This document shows positions 38,830 to 49,003 of a stretch of DNA of 64,000 nt, piece after piece. Below the pieces are notes generated by a model. The model did not search any database. It was not told the DNA's origin and saw only the letters and a program-made list of their open reading frames with translations. How positions within the stretch are numbered: the stretch's first letter is position 1; each line of letters opens with the position of its first letter. Source of the stretch: an uncultured virus (IMG/VR IMGVR_UViG_3300035208_004867) (taxonomy: Duplodnaviria; Heunggongvirae; Uroviricota; Caudoviricetes); the IMG/VR virus record IMGVR_UViG_3300035208_004867; one strand, 5' to 3'. A program made the translations under genes and the position numbers.

Positions 38830-39998
38830 TGCAGAACATTAAACTGACAGTTAAAGATGTAACTTCTCAGAATGCGTGTGAAAAATATGAAAATGCCGTA
38901 GTTTCTCTCGCAAAGGCTATGAAACTGCCTGTTACTGTCAAACCGAAAGAAAGGGAAACAGGTGAAGCGTTTGTATACCAGTCACAAGGCGATCTTGCAA
39001 GGAAATGGAGCTTATACGTTGCCGGAATAATGGATGCCGTTTATAACTTTCTTGTATCTGCGCTTGAATTGCCGAAAACAGAGACGTTCCTGAAAAAAGC
39101 CGTAACCGGTAATGAAGACAGAAAAGACGACGTTATAAAATATCACGGGAAAGTTGTATTTAATCCTGAAAACGGTAAGCCTATAAAACAGTCTGAATTC
39201 AATGAAATAATAAAACTGATTGAAAAGTACCTCAATAAACACCTTGATCCGGCGTCAAAAAAAATTGTCCTTGATTCTGTGGCACTTGGAAGAGTACTTG
39301 CCAAAAGACTTATAAATACACCGGAAGCGGAAATAAAAAAGATACCGCTTGATAAATTAAAGCTGTCAAACAAAACGTTTGATTTTATTTCAAACAACAT
39401 GAATGTTATTGAACAGTCATACGGGAAACTGGAACCGGAAGAATCTGAAAGAATGGAAAATTACCTCAAAGGTATAAATTCTTTTGTTGATGTCGGAAAT
39501 CAGAAAATAGGTAATTACATTACACACATGGAAAGTGATACAATATACGAAGTAAAAGATACAATACTGAACGGAATAATACAGCGGAAAAGCAAACAGG
39601 AAATATCACAGGACTTGTTCGAGAAATTCGGAAACCTTAACCGTGACTGGGATATGATTGCAGAAACAGAAATTATGACAACTTCAAACGAAGCGTTTCT
39701 GAAAGAAAGTGTTGCTGAAAGTGCCGAAGACGAGCCTTCTTATTTTAAACGTATTGAAATGAGTGATTCACATGTATGTCCGTTCTGCAGAAGTATAAAA
39801 GGTGTTGTTGTTAAATGGTCAGATGTACCGCTTGAAAACGAAGACATTAACGACAAGTACGCAGAAAAAGCAATATGGGAAGGGAAAAGCAATGTCGGAC
39901 GTAGTAGAAATGACTGGTGGATACCGTCAGGACTTTCTCATCCGTTATGTAGAGGTAGTTGGATGCGCTGGTATCCGTCTAAAAAAGAGGAGGAATAA
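38829..39998 (+). CDS. Head morphogenesis protein (MuF/SPP1 gp7-like)
   Basis: RDWDMIAETE, CPFC, HPLCRGSW; follows portal. Confidence 0.8.
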   Translation: MQNIKLTVKDVTSQNACEKYENAVVSLAKAMKLPVTVKPKERETGEAFVYQSQGDLARKWSLYVAGIMDAVYNFLVSALELPKTETFLKKAVTGNEDRKDDVIKYHGKVVFNPENGKPIKQSEFNEIIKLIEKYLNKHLDPASKKIVLDSVALGRVLAKRLINTPEAEIKKIPLDKLKLSNKTFDFISNNMNVIEQSYGKLEPEESERMENYLKGINSFVDVGNQKIGNYITHMESDTIYEVKDTILNGIIQRKSKQEISQDLFEKFGNLNRDWDMIAETEIMTTSNEAFLKESVAESAEDEPSYFKRIEMSDSHVCPFCRSIKGVVVKWSDVPLENEDINDKYAEKAIWEGKSNVGRSRNDWWIPSGLSHPLCRGSWMRWYPSKKEEE

Positions 39999-40000
39999 TA

Positions 40001-40537
40001 ATGTTATTTGAATCAATGTTCGGTAAAAATATTCTTGCAAGGCTTGGAGGTCTTGTAAGTGTAAGCCGGGAAATGGCTGTAATTGATGACGGAAACTGTT
40101 TCATAGGCATGGAAAACAGTGCGTCACTTGCAAGTGCAGCTTCAATGAAAATCGTTGTCAGAATTCCTTCAGGTACCGAGATGCACATAAGGGATGTAGT
40201 CGTGAATCATGCCGGCGCATGGGTACTTGCACTTTCACAGATGAGCGGAACGTATACAATCGGTACAACTTTTACCGGGTTCTGCCTTAATCAGGCGTCG
40301 CATAAAAAGACCTCTAAAACAGTTTTCAGTTTTACTTATACAGGTACACCGACACTTACAACCTTATATGGAAGAGGTTTCGGCGGAACTGTTGCAACGG
40401 ATATAAATCTTTTCACGGGTGAAAACGAAAAACTGGTACTTCCGGCAGGAGATTATCTTATATCACTTACTAATGCAAGTGCCGGAGCAGTCGTATATCC
40501 ATATCTTAAATCTAAATTTATAGAGGAAACAGTGTAA
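40001..40537 (+). CDS. Hypothetical beta-rich virion protein
   Basis: Position in the head operon and composition. Confidence 0.5.
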   Translation: MLFESMFGKNILARLGGLVSVSREMAVIDDGNCFIGMENSASLASAASMKIVVRIPSGTEMHIRDVVVNHAGAWVLALSQMSGTYTIGTTFTGFCLNQASHKKTSKTVFSFTYTGTPTLTTLYGRGFGGTVATDINLFTGENEKLVLPAGDYLISLTNASAGAVVYPYLKSKFIEETV

Positions 40538-42639
40538 TGAATGGTTTTCATACGAATGTAGAAAAAGAAACCGGAAAAAACAAAGATTACCGCCGTGTAT
40601 TATTTACCGGTCCGAATGCTCAGCTTGTGCTTATGTCTTTAAAGCCGAAAGAAGACATAGGAAAAGAAAAACATAATGATAAAGACCAGTTTATAAGGAT
40701 TGAGGAAGGCAGCGGTGAAGCGGATATAAGCGGTAAGAAGTATAAACTTGTTCCCGGTGATGCCGTTGTTATTCCGTCCGGTGCAGAACATAATATTATT
40801 GCTTCTGATAAGGGATTGAAAATATACACGATTTACACTTCGCAGGATCACCCGGACGGAACAGTTGAAAGGACTAAAGCGGACGCAGAAAAAGAAGAAG
40901 GGAAAGAAAATAAATATGATATGGAAAAATCATTAGACCGGTCAAAGCTGGTTCCTAAGAAAATTATGGTATCGGTTGGAGGTAGAACATACCAGACTAC
41001 AAAATGGGTAAGACCTGACGCGAAAACTCCTAAAACAGGGGTTCCTATAAACTCATTGAGTTATTTACAATCAAAACACGATCAGTCACGTAAAAATGTT
41101 GATGGAACTAAAAAAGAATATGATTCTTTTTTAAGAGATATGGAAAATAAATATGGAGCAGGAAGAGATGAAAAGCATCATTTAATATATTTACAAAAAA
41201 TGTCTGAAGAAGAACATAATAAATTGCACGAAGTATATAATAAATGGATGGAATCAGGTAATGAATATTCTGAAATAGCTGCTGAATTACAAAAAGAAAA
41301 AGATAAACAAAAAGAAAAAGAACCTGAAAAATCAGAAGAAGAACAAATAGAAGAGGATATAAAAAAATATGATATAAACAAAAAGACTTTTAATGAAATG
41401 TCTGATTATTTGGAAAAACACGGAGATGATTATAACTTTATTGCAGTGCGTGGTGATGATAAAAGTGTAAAAGTAGGAGAAAAATTAAAGCCAAGTATTG
41501 ATATGAGTAGAATGGTAGAAAGAGGGACCAAACTTTCTGGAACATCAGCTTTTGCTATTACGCCGGATAGCAAACTTGCTATACAAAAACAGCTTATACA
41601 ATATTTTAAAACATACAGTCAATACGATCACTACAGTATTCTTACTGGTAGTGGATATGATTATGGGGACGATCCTCGTGAGTTTGTTGTAGAAAATCCT
41701 GTTGTTTTAGCTACTTGGGACACCTGGAAAAACTGGGGAAAAAGTTTGTTATTGAAGTCTTTGACTTATAGTGGTCATAAGTTACAGGGAAGAACCAATT
41801 TTAAGGGTCTTGATATTTCCATTGAGAATAAAAAAGGTTCTGTACGACGAGGTGTAGATAAAGATGGACATAACTGGGCTACAAAGATGCACTACGACTA
41901 TGGATATGCAAGGAAGACCGAAGGTAAAGACGGTGATTTTCTTGACATTTATTTAGGTCCTGATAAAGAATCAGAAAAAGTGTATATTGTTCACCAGAAC
42001 GATCCGGCAACAGGTAAATATGATGAAGATAAATGTATGCTTGGGTTTGGCAGCGCAGCAGAGGCTAAACAGGCATATCTAAAACAGTATGACAGACCGG
42101 GATTTTTCGGCAGTATGGAAGAGACCGATATAGACATATTCAGGAGAAAAGCCATGGAAGACAAGAACAAAGGTAAGAAACTTTCTATTGAGAAAGCAAT
42201 CGAAATGATTAAGGATATTCTTCATAAGGCATTGCCACCGAAACCGGAGAATATAGAAGACACAAATGCTCATAAAACACCGCCTGAAGGATACCCTGAG
42301 CAGAAAAAAGAATACGGCTCACCGAATGAATACAAGTATCCTCTTGATACCGAAGAGCATGTCCGTGCAGCACTTGCTTACTTCTCAAAGCCGAAGAATT
42401 ACGGCATGTATTCCGAAGATGAGCGCAAAGCGATATGGGGACGTATCGTAAAGGCTGCAAAGAAAATTGGTATTGTAGTAGACATGGAACACAAGTTCAG
42501 TGATGAAAAAGAAACAGAAAAATCTATCCGCCTTGTCGTTCCGGTGATGAAAAAATCAATTGCAGGTTACAGTTCGCATAAATATATGATGGGCTGTGAA
42601 GACGGCAACGTTCTTGAAGCCAATGTATTTGTGAAATAA
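40537..42639 (+). CDS. Polyvalent protein: cupin, unknown domain, inorganic-pyrophosphatase-like domain, DUF6582-like domain
   Basis: Cupin (H..KDQFIRIEEG..PSGAEHN); YDYGY...DGDFLDIYLG...DEDKCMLGF; KYPLDTEEHVRAALAYF. Confidence 0.75.
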   Translation: MNGFHTNVEKETGKNKDYRRVLFTGPNAQLVLMSLKPKEDIGKEKHNDKDQFIRIEEGSGEADISGKKYKLVPGDAVVIPSGAEHNIIASDKGLKIYTIYTSQDHPDGTVERTKADAEKEEGKENKYDMEKSLDRSKLVPKKIMVSVGGRTYQTTKWVRPDAKTPKTGVPINSLSYLQSKHDQSRKNVDGTKKEYDSFLRDMENKYGAGRDEKHHLIYLQKMSEEEHNKLHEVYNKWMESGNEYSEIAAELQKEKDKQKEKEPEKSEEEQIEEDIKKYDINKKTFNEMSDYLEKHGDDYNFIAVRGDDKSVKVGEKLKPSIDMSRMVERGTKLSGTSAFAITPDSKLAIQKQLIQYFKTYSQYDHYSILTGSGYDYGDDPREFVVENPVVLATWDTWKNWGKSLLLKSLTYSGHKLQGRTNFKGLDISIENKKGSVRRGVDKDGHNWATKMHYDYGYARKTEGKDGDFLDIYLGPDKESEKVYIVHQNDPATGKYDEDKCMLGFGSAAEAKQAYLKQYDRPGFFGSMEETDIDIFRRKAMEDKNKGKKLSIEKAIEMIKDILHKALPPKPENIEDTNAHKTPPEGYPEQKKEYGSPNEYKYPLDTEEHVRAALAYFSKPKNYGMYSEDERKAIWGRIVKAAKKIGIVVDMEHKFSDEKETEKSIRLVVPVMKKSIAGYSSHKYMMGCEDGNVLEANVFVK

Positions 42640-42650
42640 GAGGTAGTACC

Positions 42651-44585
42651 ATGACAAAACTTGTTGTTCCTGTAAAAAAAACGGTAACAGATAAAAAAGA
42701 CTTTTCTTATTGGAAACGGCAGATACTTTCATATCTTGATTCTCTTGAAGGATCTATGCAGAAATCCCGTGGATTTGCAGTCGGTACTATCAGGACGTGG
42801 AAAGGCACGCGGTATATAAAGATGCCGAATAACAAGTGGCGGCCGAAGTATGACAGCCAGACCCGCGGCGCGAAGATGGCTATAAGTGTCATTAAACACC
42901 GTGTGGACAGTGCGAAAGACGAACAGGAGTTGGTGAATATCATCCTTGAGAACCGTGACAGGTTCAGCGACCAGTACGGGCATTTGCTGCCGTTCGTTCA
43001 GGAGTTGCATGATTATGTTTCTCAGCATTCCGATAAAATAGAGACAAACATTGAAACCAAAAAGAGAATAAATACAGAAAGACGCCATAAGATAATAAGA
43101 GATGCAAAAGATAAGGGTGCTTTTGTTTCTGATGAACCAGACAGTGAATACAGATATAAAATGTATATGCCTGATGAATCTTTCATGAATATTACAAAAG
43201 ACGAATTTGACTATGCAACATCTTTGAAGATGAATAAACAGGGGAATGAGAATGTCCCTGATAAATATAAAAACTCAAGGGTTGCAAAGGTAAATGCAAA
43301 AATTGTTTCTGCCGGAAGAAAGTATTATACGGCGACATATCCCGGCAAGACATGGAAATTCCAGATAGAAATAAACAACGAGAACAAGAGCTGGAAAGAC
43401 GGAGATACGGTAGAATTTTATGCATTAAAGGATGAAGAAGTTTCAAAATATGGAACCAAGTTATCGTATTGGCCGGTAAAAGAGGAAAAAGGTAAAGAAG
43501 AAAAGACAAAGCAGATAGATTATGTAAATAAACAGAAAATAGAAAAGTGGCTTGGTTATATAGATAACAGGGCAGAAGAGTATGGATCTCTTTATCAGAA
43601 AGGTGCAGACGAGATAAAAGCGCTTGGAATTGAAAAATATCCGGAACTGAACGAACGGTATAAAAAAATACTGGATAAAATTAAAGTAACTGCTCCGGTA
43701 AAAAGTTTTGAAAAGTGGACAGGTTATATAAAAGAGAATTTAAACTCTTACTGGTATAACAGAGGAGAACAGGAAGCACTTTCGGCCATTAAAGATATGA
43801 AAAAATTAGGTGCAGATACTTCAAAATATGAAAAAGAACTTTCAGATTTGAAGAATATGTTCAATGACAGAAATAAAAAACAGACAGAAGAAAAAGAAAA
43901 TAAAGAGTTCAGAGGATATGACGGAACTGTTATTTCCGTATCGAAAGGCAGCGGATACGGCGGAGAACCTTATGCCCAGGGGCAGATAATAGTAAATCCT
44001 AATAAAGAAGGTCCAAAATACCTATACGTGTTATCATCTTCTCAGAAATATGTCAGGGAAGAGGGTATGTCTTTCGGTGTAGGAGATGACAGCGGATATA
44101 TTTATTCAGCAAAAACACGTCCTGCAACAGAAGAAGAATATAAGCCTATGGAAGAGCATAAAAAAGATATGGCTGAATTGTCTGATGTTAAATCTTCTGT
44201 TTCATCATTAGCTTCTAAAATACAGAAAGAAGGTGAATCACCTGCTGGTATTAATATTCCTGAAGGAAATACATATTTTGATACACAGAATATCTATGGT
44301 GGCGGTGACTGGTTTGTTGTGAATAAAGATTATATATGGTATATAAAGAACAACGGTATGGACGGTGACTCATGGGATGAAAACAACGTAAGAACAGGAG
44401 GTGCAGGAGCTATAGGATGGAGAATACCATATAATGAAAAAATATCTTCACAATTAAAGGAATATTCAGAAAAAGAAAAAGGATTGAAAGATAAAATAGA
44501 TTCTTTCAATCCTAGAAAACCTGTAAAAAAATCACTCATTGATATATTCAGGGATAATCTTTCAAAAGCACTTGGTACAACCTAA
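42651..44585 (+). CDS. Large mosaic head-associated (possibly ejected) protein
   Basis: KS.G.AVGTIRTWKG..YIK...KW N-terminal motif; visibly more GC-rich first ~380 bp. Confidence 0.6.
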   Translation: MTKLVVPVKKTVTDKKDFSYWKRQILSYLDSLEGSMQKSRGFAVGTIRTWKGTRYIKMPNNKWRPKYDSQTRGAKMAISVIKHRVDSAKDEQELVNIILENRDRFSDQYGHLLPFVQELHDYVSQHSDKIETNIETKKRINTERRHKIIRDAKDKGAFVSDEPDSEYRYKMYMPDESFMNITKDEFDYATSLKMNKQGNENVPDKYKNSRVAKVNAKIVSAGRKYYTATYPGKTWKFQIEINNENKSWKDGDTVEFYALKDEEVSKYGTKLSYWPVKEEKGKEEKTKQIDYVNKQKIEKWLGYIDNRAEEYGSLYQKGADEIKALGIEKYPELNERYKKILDKIKVTAPVKSFEKWTGYIKENLNSYWYNRGEQEALSAIKDMKKLGADTSKYEKELSDLKNMFNDRNKKQTEEKENKEFRGYDGTVISVSKGSGYGGEPYAQGQIIVNPNKEGPKYLYVLSSSQKYVREEGMSFGVGDDSGYIYSAKTRPATEEEYKPMEEHKKDMAELSDVKSSVSSLASKIQKEGESPAGINIPEGNTYFDTQNIYGGGDWFVVNKDYIWYIKNNGMDGDSWDENNVRTGGAGAIGWRIPYNEKISSQLKEYSEKEKGLKDKIDSFNPRKPVKKSLIDIFRDNLSKALGTT

Positions 44586-44586
44586 T

Positions 44587-44619
44587 AAAAAAGCCCTCTT
44601 CTGAGGGCTTTGCTTTTTT
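44587..44619. terminator. Bidirectional intrinsic terminator
   Basis: AAAAAAGCCCTC-TTCT-GAGGGCTTT between convergent genes. Confidence 0.85.
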
Positions 44620-44914
44620 ATGCTATTTTTGTTATTAAATTTTCGCCTTGTTTTTTCCATTCAATCGATTTATTAATCGGACCAACCCATACAGCTCCGT
44701 CAGTCGGGCAGTCATCTATAACCTCCGCTTTTGTAGAGGCACGTCCTGCCTGATATTGGGCATTCAGTGCAACGGCAAGAGCACATATTTCTTGTGATGT
44801 TGTACGTCCCTGATAAATCGAATCAGGGACGGATTTGAAAATACACACAGTTGAATACCAACCGATGTGTGTTTCTTGCTCAAAAAGTCTCATTGATTTT
44901 GTTTTTTTGTCCAT
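44618..44914 (-). CDS. Hypothetical protein (counter-oriented operon)
   Basis: AGGAG RBS; third gene of the minus-strand operon. Confidence 0.7.
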   Translation of the reverse strand: MDKKTKSMRLFEQETHIGWYSTVCIFKSVPDSIYQGRTTSQEICALAVALNAQYQAGRASTKAEVIDDCPTDGAVWVGPINKSIEWKKQGENLITKIA

Positions 44915-44923
44915 AATTGTCTC

Positions 44924-45268
44924 CTAAAATAAAAATTCTGTTTTCCCGTTGTTCTGATAAGAACAACTTATACAAATCCGGGGTGTTCTGTTCGTGTTTC
45001 CTGGGTTGCTGTCGTTTTTTGACGGTCGAAGTGCTTCAAAAACCTGTCCGCATGTCAGCTAATCATACTGACCAAACCAGAAACAGTTTTTACCAAATAA
45101 TTTTGTAACGGCTTTATCAATGACAGCGCCGCGCAAACCATTGAAATTATGATTGCCTCCGTCATATTCGGCGGCGGTAATCTCCATGTCATCTACCTGC
45201 ATGGATGTTTTTTCATCCATACAGACAGTAATATTTTTACTGCCAAAATTCACTGTATACCGTTTCAT
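44924..45268 (-). pseudogene. Hypothetical gene interrupted by an in-frame TAG at 45059-45061
   Basis: Frame stays open 44 more codons and stops at the next gene's RBS. Confidence 0.55.
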
Positions 45269-45279
45269 AGATGGCTCCT

Positions 45280-45756
45280 TTACGCCTTGATAACCGTTAC
45301 CGGTTTTTCTTCTTTTGCGTTTTCTTCGTTAATGTGTTTAAGACTTATTGTGATAAACAATTTTTCATCATCGGTAAGAGTTTTATATACATCTTGAAAC
45401 CATTTGAAAGCTTCATCAGTATATTTTTCCGATTGATCTGCAATAACAGCAATTCCGGCGACAATTCTGGCATTTGTTGTTTTTACAGTCTTGATAGAAT
45501 TACCGTTTTTCAGGACAACGAATGTTTCTTTAGAAACGGAATCAATGAAATTCAGGTAAAAAGGAATGCCCTGATTTTTGCTGTCAAGAGCCTGTAAAAC
45601 CTTTGCAAGCTCATAGTGATTTGCAGAAGCACTTATTGAAGTGCCGTTAAAGCTGATTGTTGTGTAGTCGTCAGACATAACAAATCTGTCCGCATATCCG
45701 CTTGTTGCAATGTACAAGCGGTAAGAAATTTTAATGTCCAAATCTTCAATATTCAT
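45280..45756 (-). CDS. Hypothetical protein
   Basis: ATG at 45756 preceded by AAGGACGGT, downstream of the duplicated promoter. Confidence 0.7.
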   Translation of the reverse strand: MNIEDLDIKISYRLYIATSGYADRFVMSDDYTTISFNGTSISASANHYELAKVLQALDSKNQGIPFYLNFIDSVSKETFVVLKNGNSIKTVKTTNARIVAGIAVIADQSEKYTDEAFKWFQDVYKTLTDDEKLFITISLKHINEENAKEEKPVTVIKA

Positions 45757-45773
45757 ATAAACCGTCCTTATCA

Positions 45774-45841
45774 GGTAACTCCCGATCACAAGTATCAGTA
45801 TACAACTATTTATATATTTGTCAATAGGTAATTAAAAATAT
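45774..45841 (-). promoter_or_regulatory. Strong sigma70 promoter plus leader, copy 2
   Basis: Exact inverted copy of 18218-18285. Confidence 0.9.
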
Positions 45842-45849
45842 TTTGTGTA

Positions 45850-45955
45850 TTTACATTATTTTTAATTTTATGTATACTATAGAAAATCGAATTATATAAT
45901 GTCCTGAAGATAGAAGGGGCGAAACAGATAAATTTCTGTTCCGCCCCTTTTTTAT
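45850..45955 (+). promoter_or_regulatory. Promoter followed by a leader terminator
   Basis: TTTACA-17-TATACT; hairpin 45912-45951 with T-tract before the protease gene. Confidence 0.7.
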
Positions 45956-45971
45956 TTGTCCAGAGGTTAAA

Positions 45972-47501
45972 ATGTCCGAAGAAGAAAGAATATATCTTGA
46001 ATTGCAGCTTTCTCAAAAAGTAGAACAGGATGCAAGCGGCAATTACATCATAAAAGCCGAAGCATCCAACGAAAACGTAGATGTTGACGGACAGATTGTT
46101 CTGCAAAATGCGCTTATTAAATCCAAAGACTATTTCATGAAAAACGGAATAATCTCATGGGATCATCTGCATAAACAGAAAGATGCAAACGGGAACGTCG
46201 TTACAAACCCTGAATTCATCATCGGCGAACCTATGGGAATTGAAACCGAAGGTGATAAAACTTTTGTAAAAGCAATGCTTTATAAGGGAAACAAAATTGT
46301 AGAAGACATTGTGGACAAACTGAGACACGGCGCAAAGATAATTAAAACGTCTGTTGGTGGCAGGAAACCTGTTGTTCAGAAATCGTATGATAAAAACAGC
46401 GGAAAGAATCTTGAAAAGGTTGTAGATGTAAACTGGGATGAACTTGCACTAACGTACAAACCATGCAACCAGACACTTTCTCCGGTACAGCTTGTTAAAT
46501 CATTGCAGGCAGGTTATCCGGTAGATTCTGCGAACATGTCAGGCGGTGAAACGCTTATACGGCAGGATTTGGAAGGTGCAGATAAAGCAGAACATAAAAA
46601 AAAAAATGCTGCAATTAAAGCACTTGTTATGGCAATGGCAGAAGGAAAGTGCAGGGGTATTGAAGCTGCTCATGAACTTCTTGTCCAGCATGGAATTAAG
46701 GACGAAAAAATAGCCGACAGTATCATCGAAGCGGTGGTAAACGGCAGAAATAAATTAGAAGGAGTGTCCAAAATGGCAAAAGAAAATGAGAATGAAGACC
46801 TTGGAAAAGCTCTCGATACTGCTATCGATGAACTTGAGAAGGCTTGTAATCTGAAAAAGGGAATGGCAAAAAATCCGCCTGTAGCAAAAGTTCCCGAAGC
46901 GCCTGAAGAAGAAAATTCAGAAGACGAAGAAATGGAACAGGAAGGCGAAGAAACTGAAGAAGAAGAGGAAAATAAAAAAGACAAAAAGAAAAAGAAACAT
47001 CCGGAGCCGGATGCTGACAACTTCGGCGGTGAATCAGATGACGACGAAGACAACGAACCTGAAACAAAAAAGTCTATAAATGACTTTGAGGATGTTGGTC
47101 AGGATTTTGTCGACGTGTCCCCTGTTCTTGATTCTCTTACAAAAAGTATCAACAGCATCGGTAAAATGGTAAGCAGACTTTCAAAACGTCTTGATGCATA
47201 TGATGACATCAGCAAGAGTATGGCAAATGCACAGATCCAGACTGCGAAGATGGTGAAATCAATTTCAGACGAACCGGTTATGAGGAAAGGAATCGTTGAC
47301 CGTATGGGCCGTCAGTTTATTGAAACAAACAAAGACGGGAAAAAGATTGAAATGTCAAGAGATGAAATTCTTCGGAAATCTCATCTTGCCGTTGAACAGG
47401 GAAAACTTGACATCCATGCCGCATCGGTAATGGAAGACCGGCTAAACAAAGGAATACCGCTTAACGACGGTACTATAGAAATGCTGAAATCTATCCAGTA
47501 A
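45972..47501 (+). CDS. Prohead protease fused to scaffold
   Basis: EASNENVDVDGQIV, WDH, TSVGG, ELALTYKPCN; acidic C-terminal half; internal RBS and ATG at 46773. Confidence 0.85.
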   Translation: MSEEERIYLELQLSQKVEQDASGNYIIKAEASNENVDVDGQIVLQNALIKSKDYFMKNGIISWDHLHKQKDANGNVVTNPEFIIGEPMGIETEGDKTFVKAMLYKGNKIVEDIVDKLRHGAKIIKTSVGGRKPVVQKSYDKNSGKNLEKVVDVNWDELALTYKPCNQTLSPVQLVKSLQAGYPVDSANMSGGETLIRQDLEGADKAEHKKKNAAIKALVMAMAEGKCRGIEAAHELLVQHGIKDEKIADSIIEAVVNGRNKLEGVSKMAKENENEDLGKALDTAIDELEKACNLKKGMAKNPPVAKVPEAPEEENSEDEEMEQEGEETEEEEENKKDKKKKKHPEPDADNFGGESDDDEDNEPETKKSINDFEDVGQDFVDVSPVLDSLTKSINSIGKMVSRLSKRLDAYDDISKSMANAQIQTAKMVKSISDEPVMRKGIVDRMGRQFIETNKDGKKIEMSRDEILRKSHLAVEQGKLDIHAASVMEDRLNKGIPLNDGTIEMLKSIQ

Positions 47502-47536
47502 CGGGATGGACTGAATATAATATAGGAGAAAAAGCA

Positions 47537-48949
47537 ATGGGACTTTTTGATGGTGGTAATCAGGTACCCGGTACACTCGAATACGGACAGGTTATCGGGG
47601 ATGAGCTTATGAAAGCTCTTCAGATTGGTTACGGTACGGACTCCGCTACGATGACTGGCGGACGTGCACTTGTTCCGCAGGATATTGATTCTACGGTTCT
47701 GAATGCTCTTGCCGTTCGTAAAAATGATTTTAAATTGATGAACAGGCTTAAAGTACGCAAAGCAGGTTCCTCTGTTGTGGAATATACACGCCGCGATGAA
47801 GTTGGTGATCATTCTCTTGTGTTCGGTGCTGAAGGTGCCGATGCAAGGGCGAGTACACAGACTCTTGAGCGTGTGACTAAGCTCATTAAGTACATGCAGA
47901 CATACCGTGAGATCACGCTCCAGATGCGTACTGCCAACACTCTTGAAGATGCTGAAGCGTCAGAAAAGGAAGCCGGAATACTTACAATCCTTAAAGGTGC
48001 CGAGTATGCCTGTTTCCATGGCAACGGAGATGTCGTTTCCGTGCAGTTTGACAACGCAATCAAACAGACTCTTTCTGCAAACGGCCCTAAAGGATATAAG
48101 AACGTCGTCGATATGCGCGGTAAAACGTTGCAGGCGTCAGGAGAGGATGCTATCAACAAAGTTGCAGGACTTACGTTCGATCAGGGCGGTGATATAACCG
48201 ATGCATTCATGCCGCCGGTTATTGCGTCTGATTTTCAGGCGATGATCCGTGACCGTTACCGAACTGGTCCGAATGATCGTACCGGCGCAATGGTTGTAGC
48301 AGAATATCCGACTGTTTTCGGCTCAGGTACTATCAAAGTCGCAGGGCAGTCAGGACCGGATAAAATGTTCTCTGTACGTGGTACGGTATCTGCAAGCGGA
48401 GACGCATCCAAACGTCCTGGAATACCTACAATTTCTGTTGCATCGGCAACGAACGCAAGTACCAAGTTTATTTCGAGTGACTTAGGAACTTACACCTATG
48501 CTGTTCATGCTATTTCTGAAGAAGGTATTTCAGCTGCATCTTCAACGGCAACGGCAACGGTAGCATCCGGTGAAGCGGTTACTGTCACAATTACTCCGAA
48601 TACAACTATTCCTGGAACAGGATTTATCGTAACCCGTTCAAAAAAAGGTGCAACAACCGATCTTCGGGAAGTTGAAAGAATTGCCATCGGAACAGGTACT
48701 ACAACGGCTTATGTTGATCTCAATGCGGTACTGCCGGGTACAGGAGACATATTCCTTCCGACAATAGATGCTATGTATGATGCAATCCGCTGGGATCAGT
48801 TCCTTCCGGCTATGAAATTTGATCTCTATCCTACAAAGTCGGCAATCATACCGTTCCTTATTGTCATGTTCGGAACAGTAGATGTTCGTGTTCCGTGGTA
48901 TCATGGAGTTATTCAGAATGTATCACCAAGTACACTTGGCTGGTACTAA
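47537..48949 (+). CDS. Major capsid protein (Herelleviridae-like)
   Basis: ELMKALQIGYGTD..TMTGGRAL..QDID, EYACFHGN; follows protease/scaffold. Confidence 0.9.
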   Translation: MGLFDGGNQVPGTLEYGQVIGDELMKALQIGYGTDSATMTGGRALVPQDIDSTVLNALAVRKNDFKLMNRLKVRKAGSSVVEYTRRDEVGDHSLVFGAEGADARASTQTLERVTKLIKYMQTYREITLQMRTANTLEDAEASEKEAGILTILKGAEYACFHGNGDVVSVQFDNAIKQTLSANGPKGYKNVVDMRGKTLQASGEDAINKVAGLTFDQGGDITDAFMPPVIASDFQAMIRDRYRTGPNDRTGAMVVAEYPTVFGSGTIKVAGQSGPDKMFSVRGTVSASGDASKRPGIPTISVASATNASTKFISSDLGTYTYAVHAISEEGISAASSTATATVASGEAVTVTITPNTTIPGTGFIVTRSKKGATTDLREVERIAIGTGTTTAYVDLNAVLPGTGDIFLPTIDAMYDAIRWDQFLPAMKFDLYPTKSAIIPFLIVMFGTVDVRVPWYHGVIQNVSPSTLGWY

Positions 48950-48957
48950 TTCTTATA

Positions 48958-48987
48958 AACTTTCCGGTATAAAAAGCCGGAAAGTTA
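48958..48987 (+). terminator. Hairpin after the capsid gene
   Basis: AACTTTCCGG...CCGGAAAGTT. Confidence 0.55.
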
Positions 48988-49003
48988 TTGGAGAAAAAAT
49001 ACA

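Noticed and set aside
45900..45945. Hammerhead-like CTGAAGA...GAAA
   Set aside because: Stems I and II cannot form; the sequence is better explained as a terminator hairpin.
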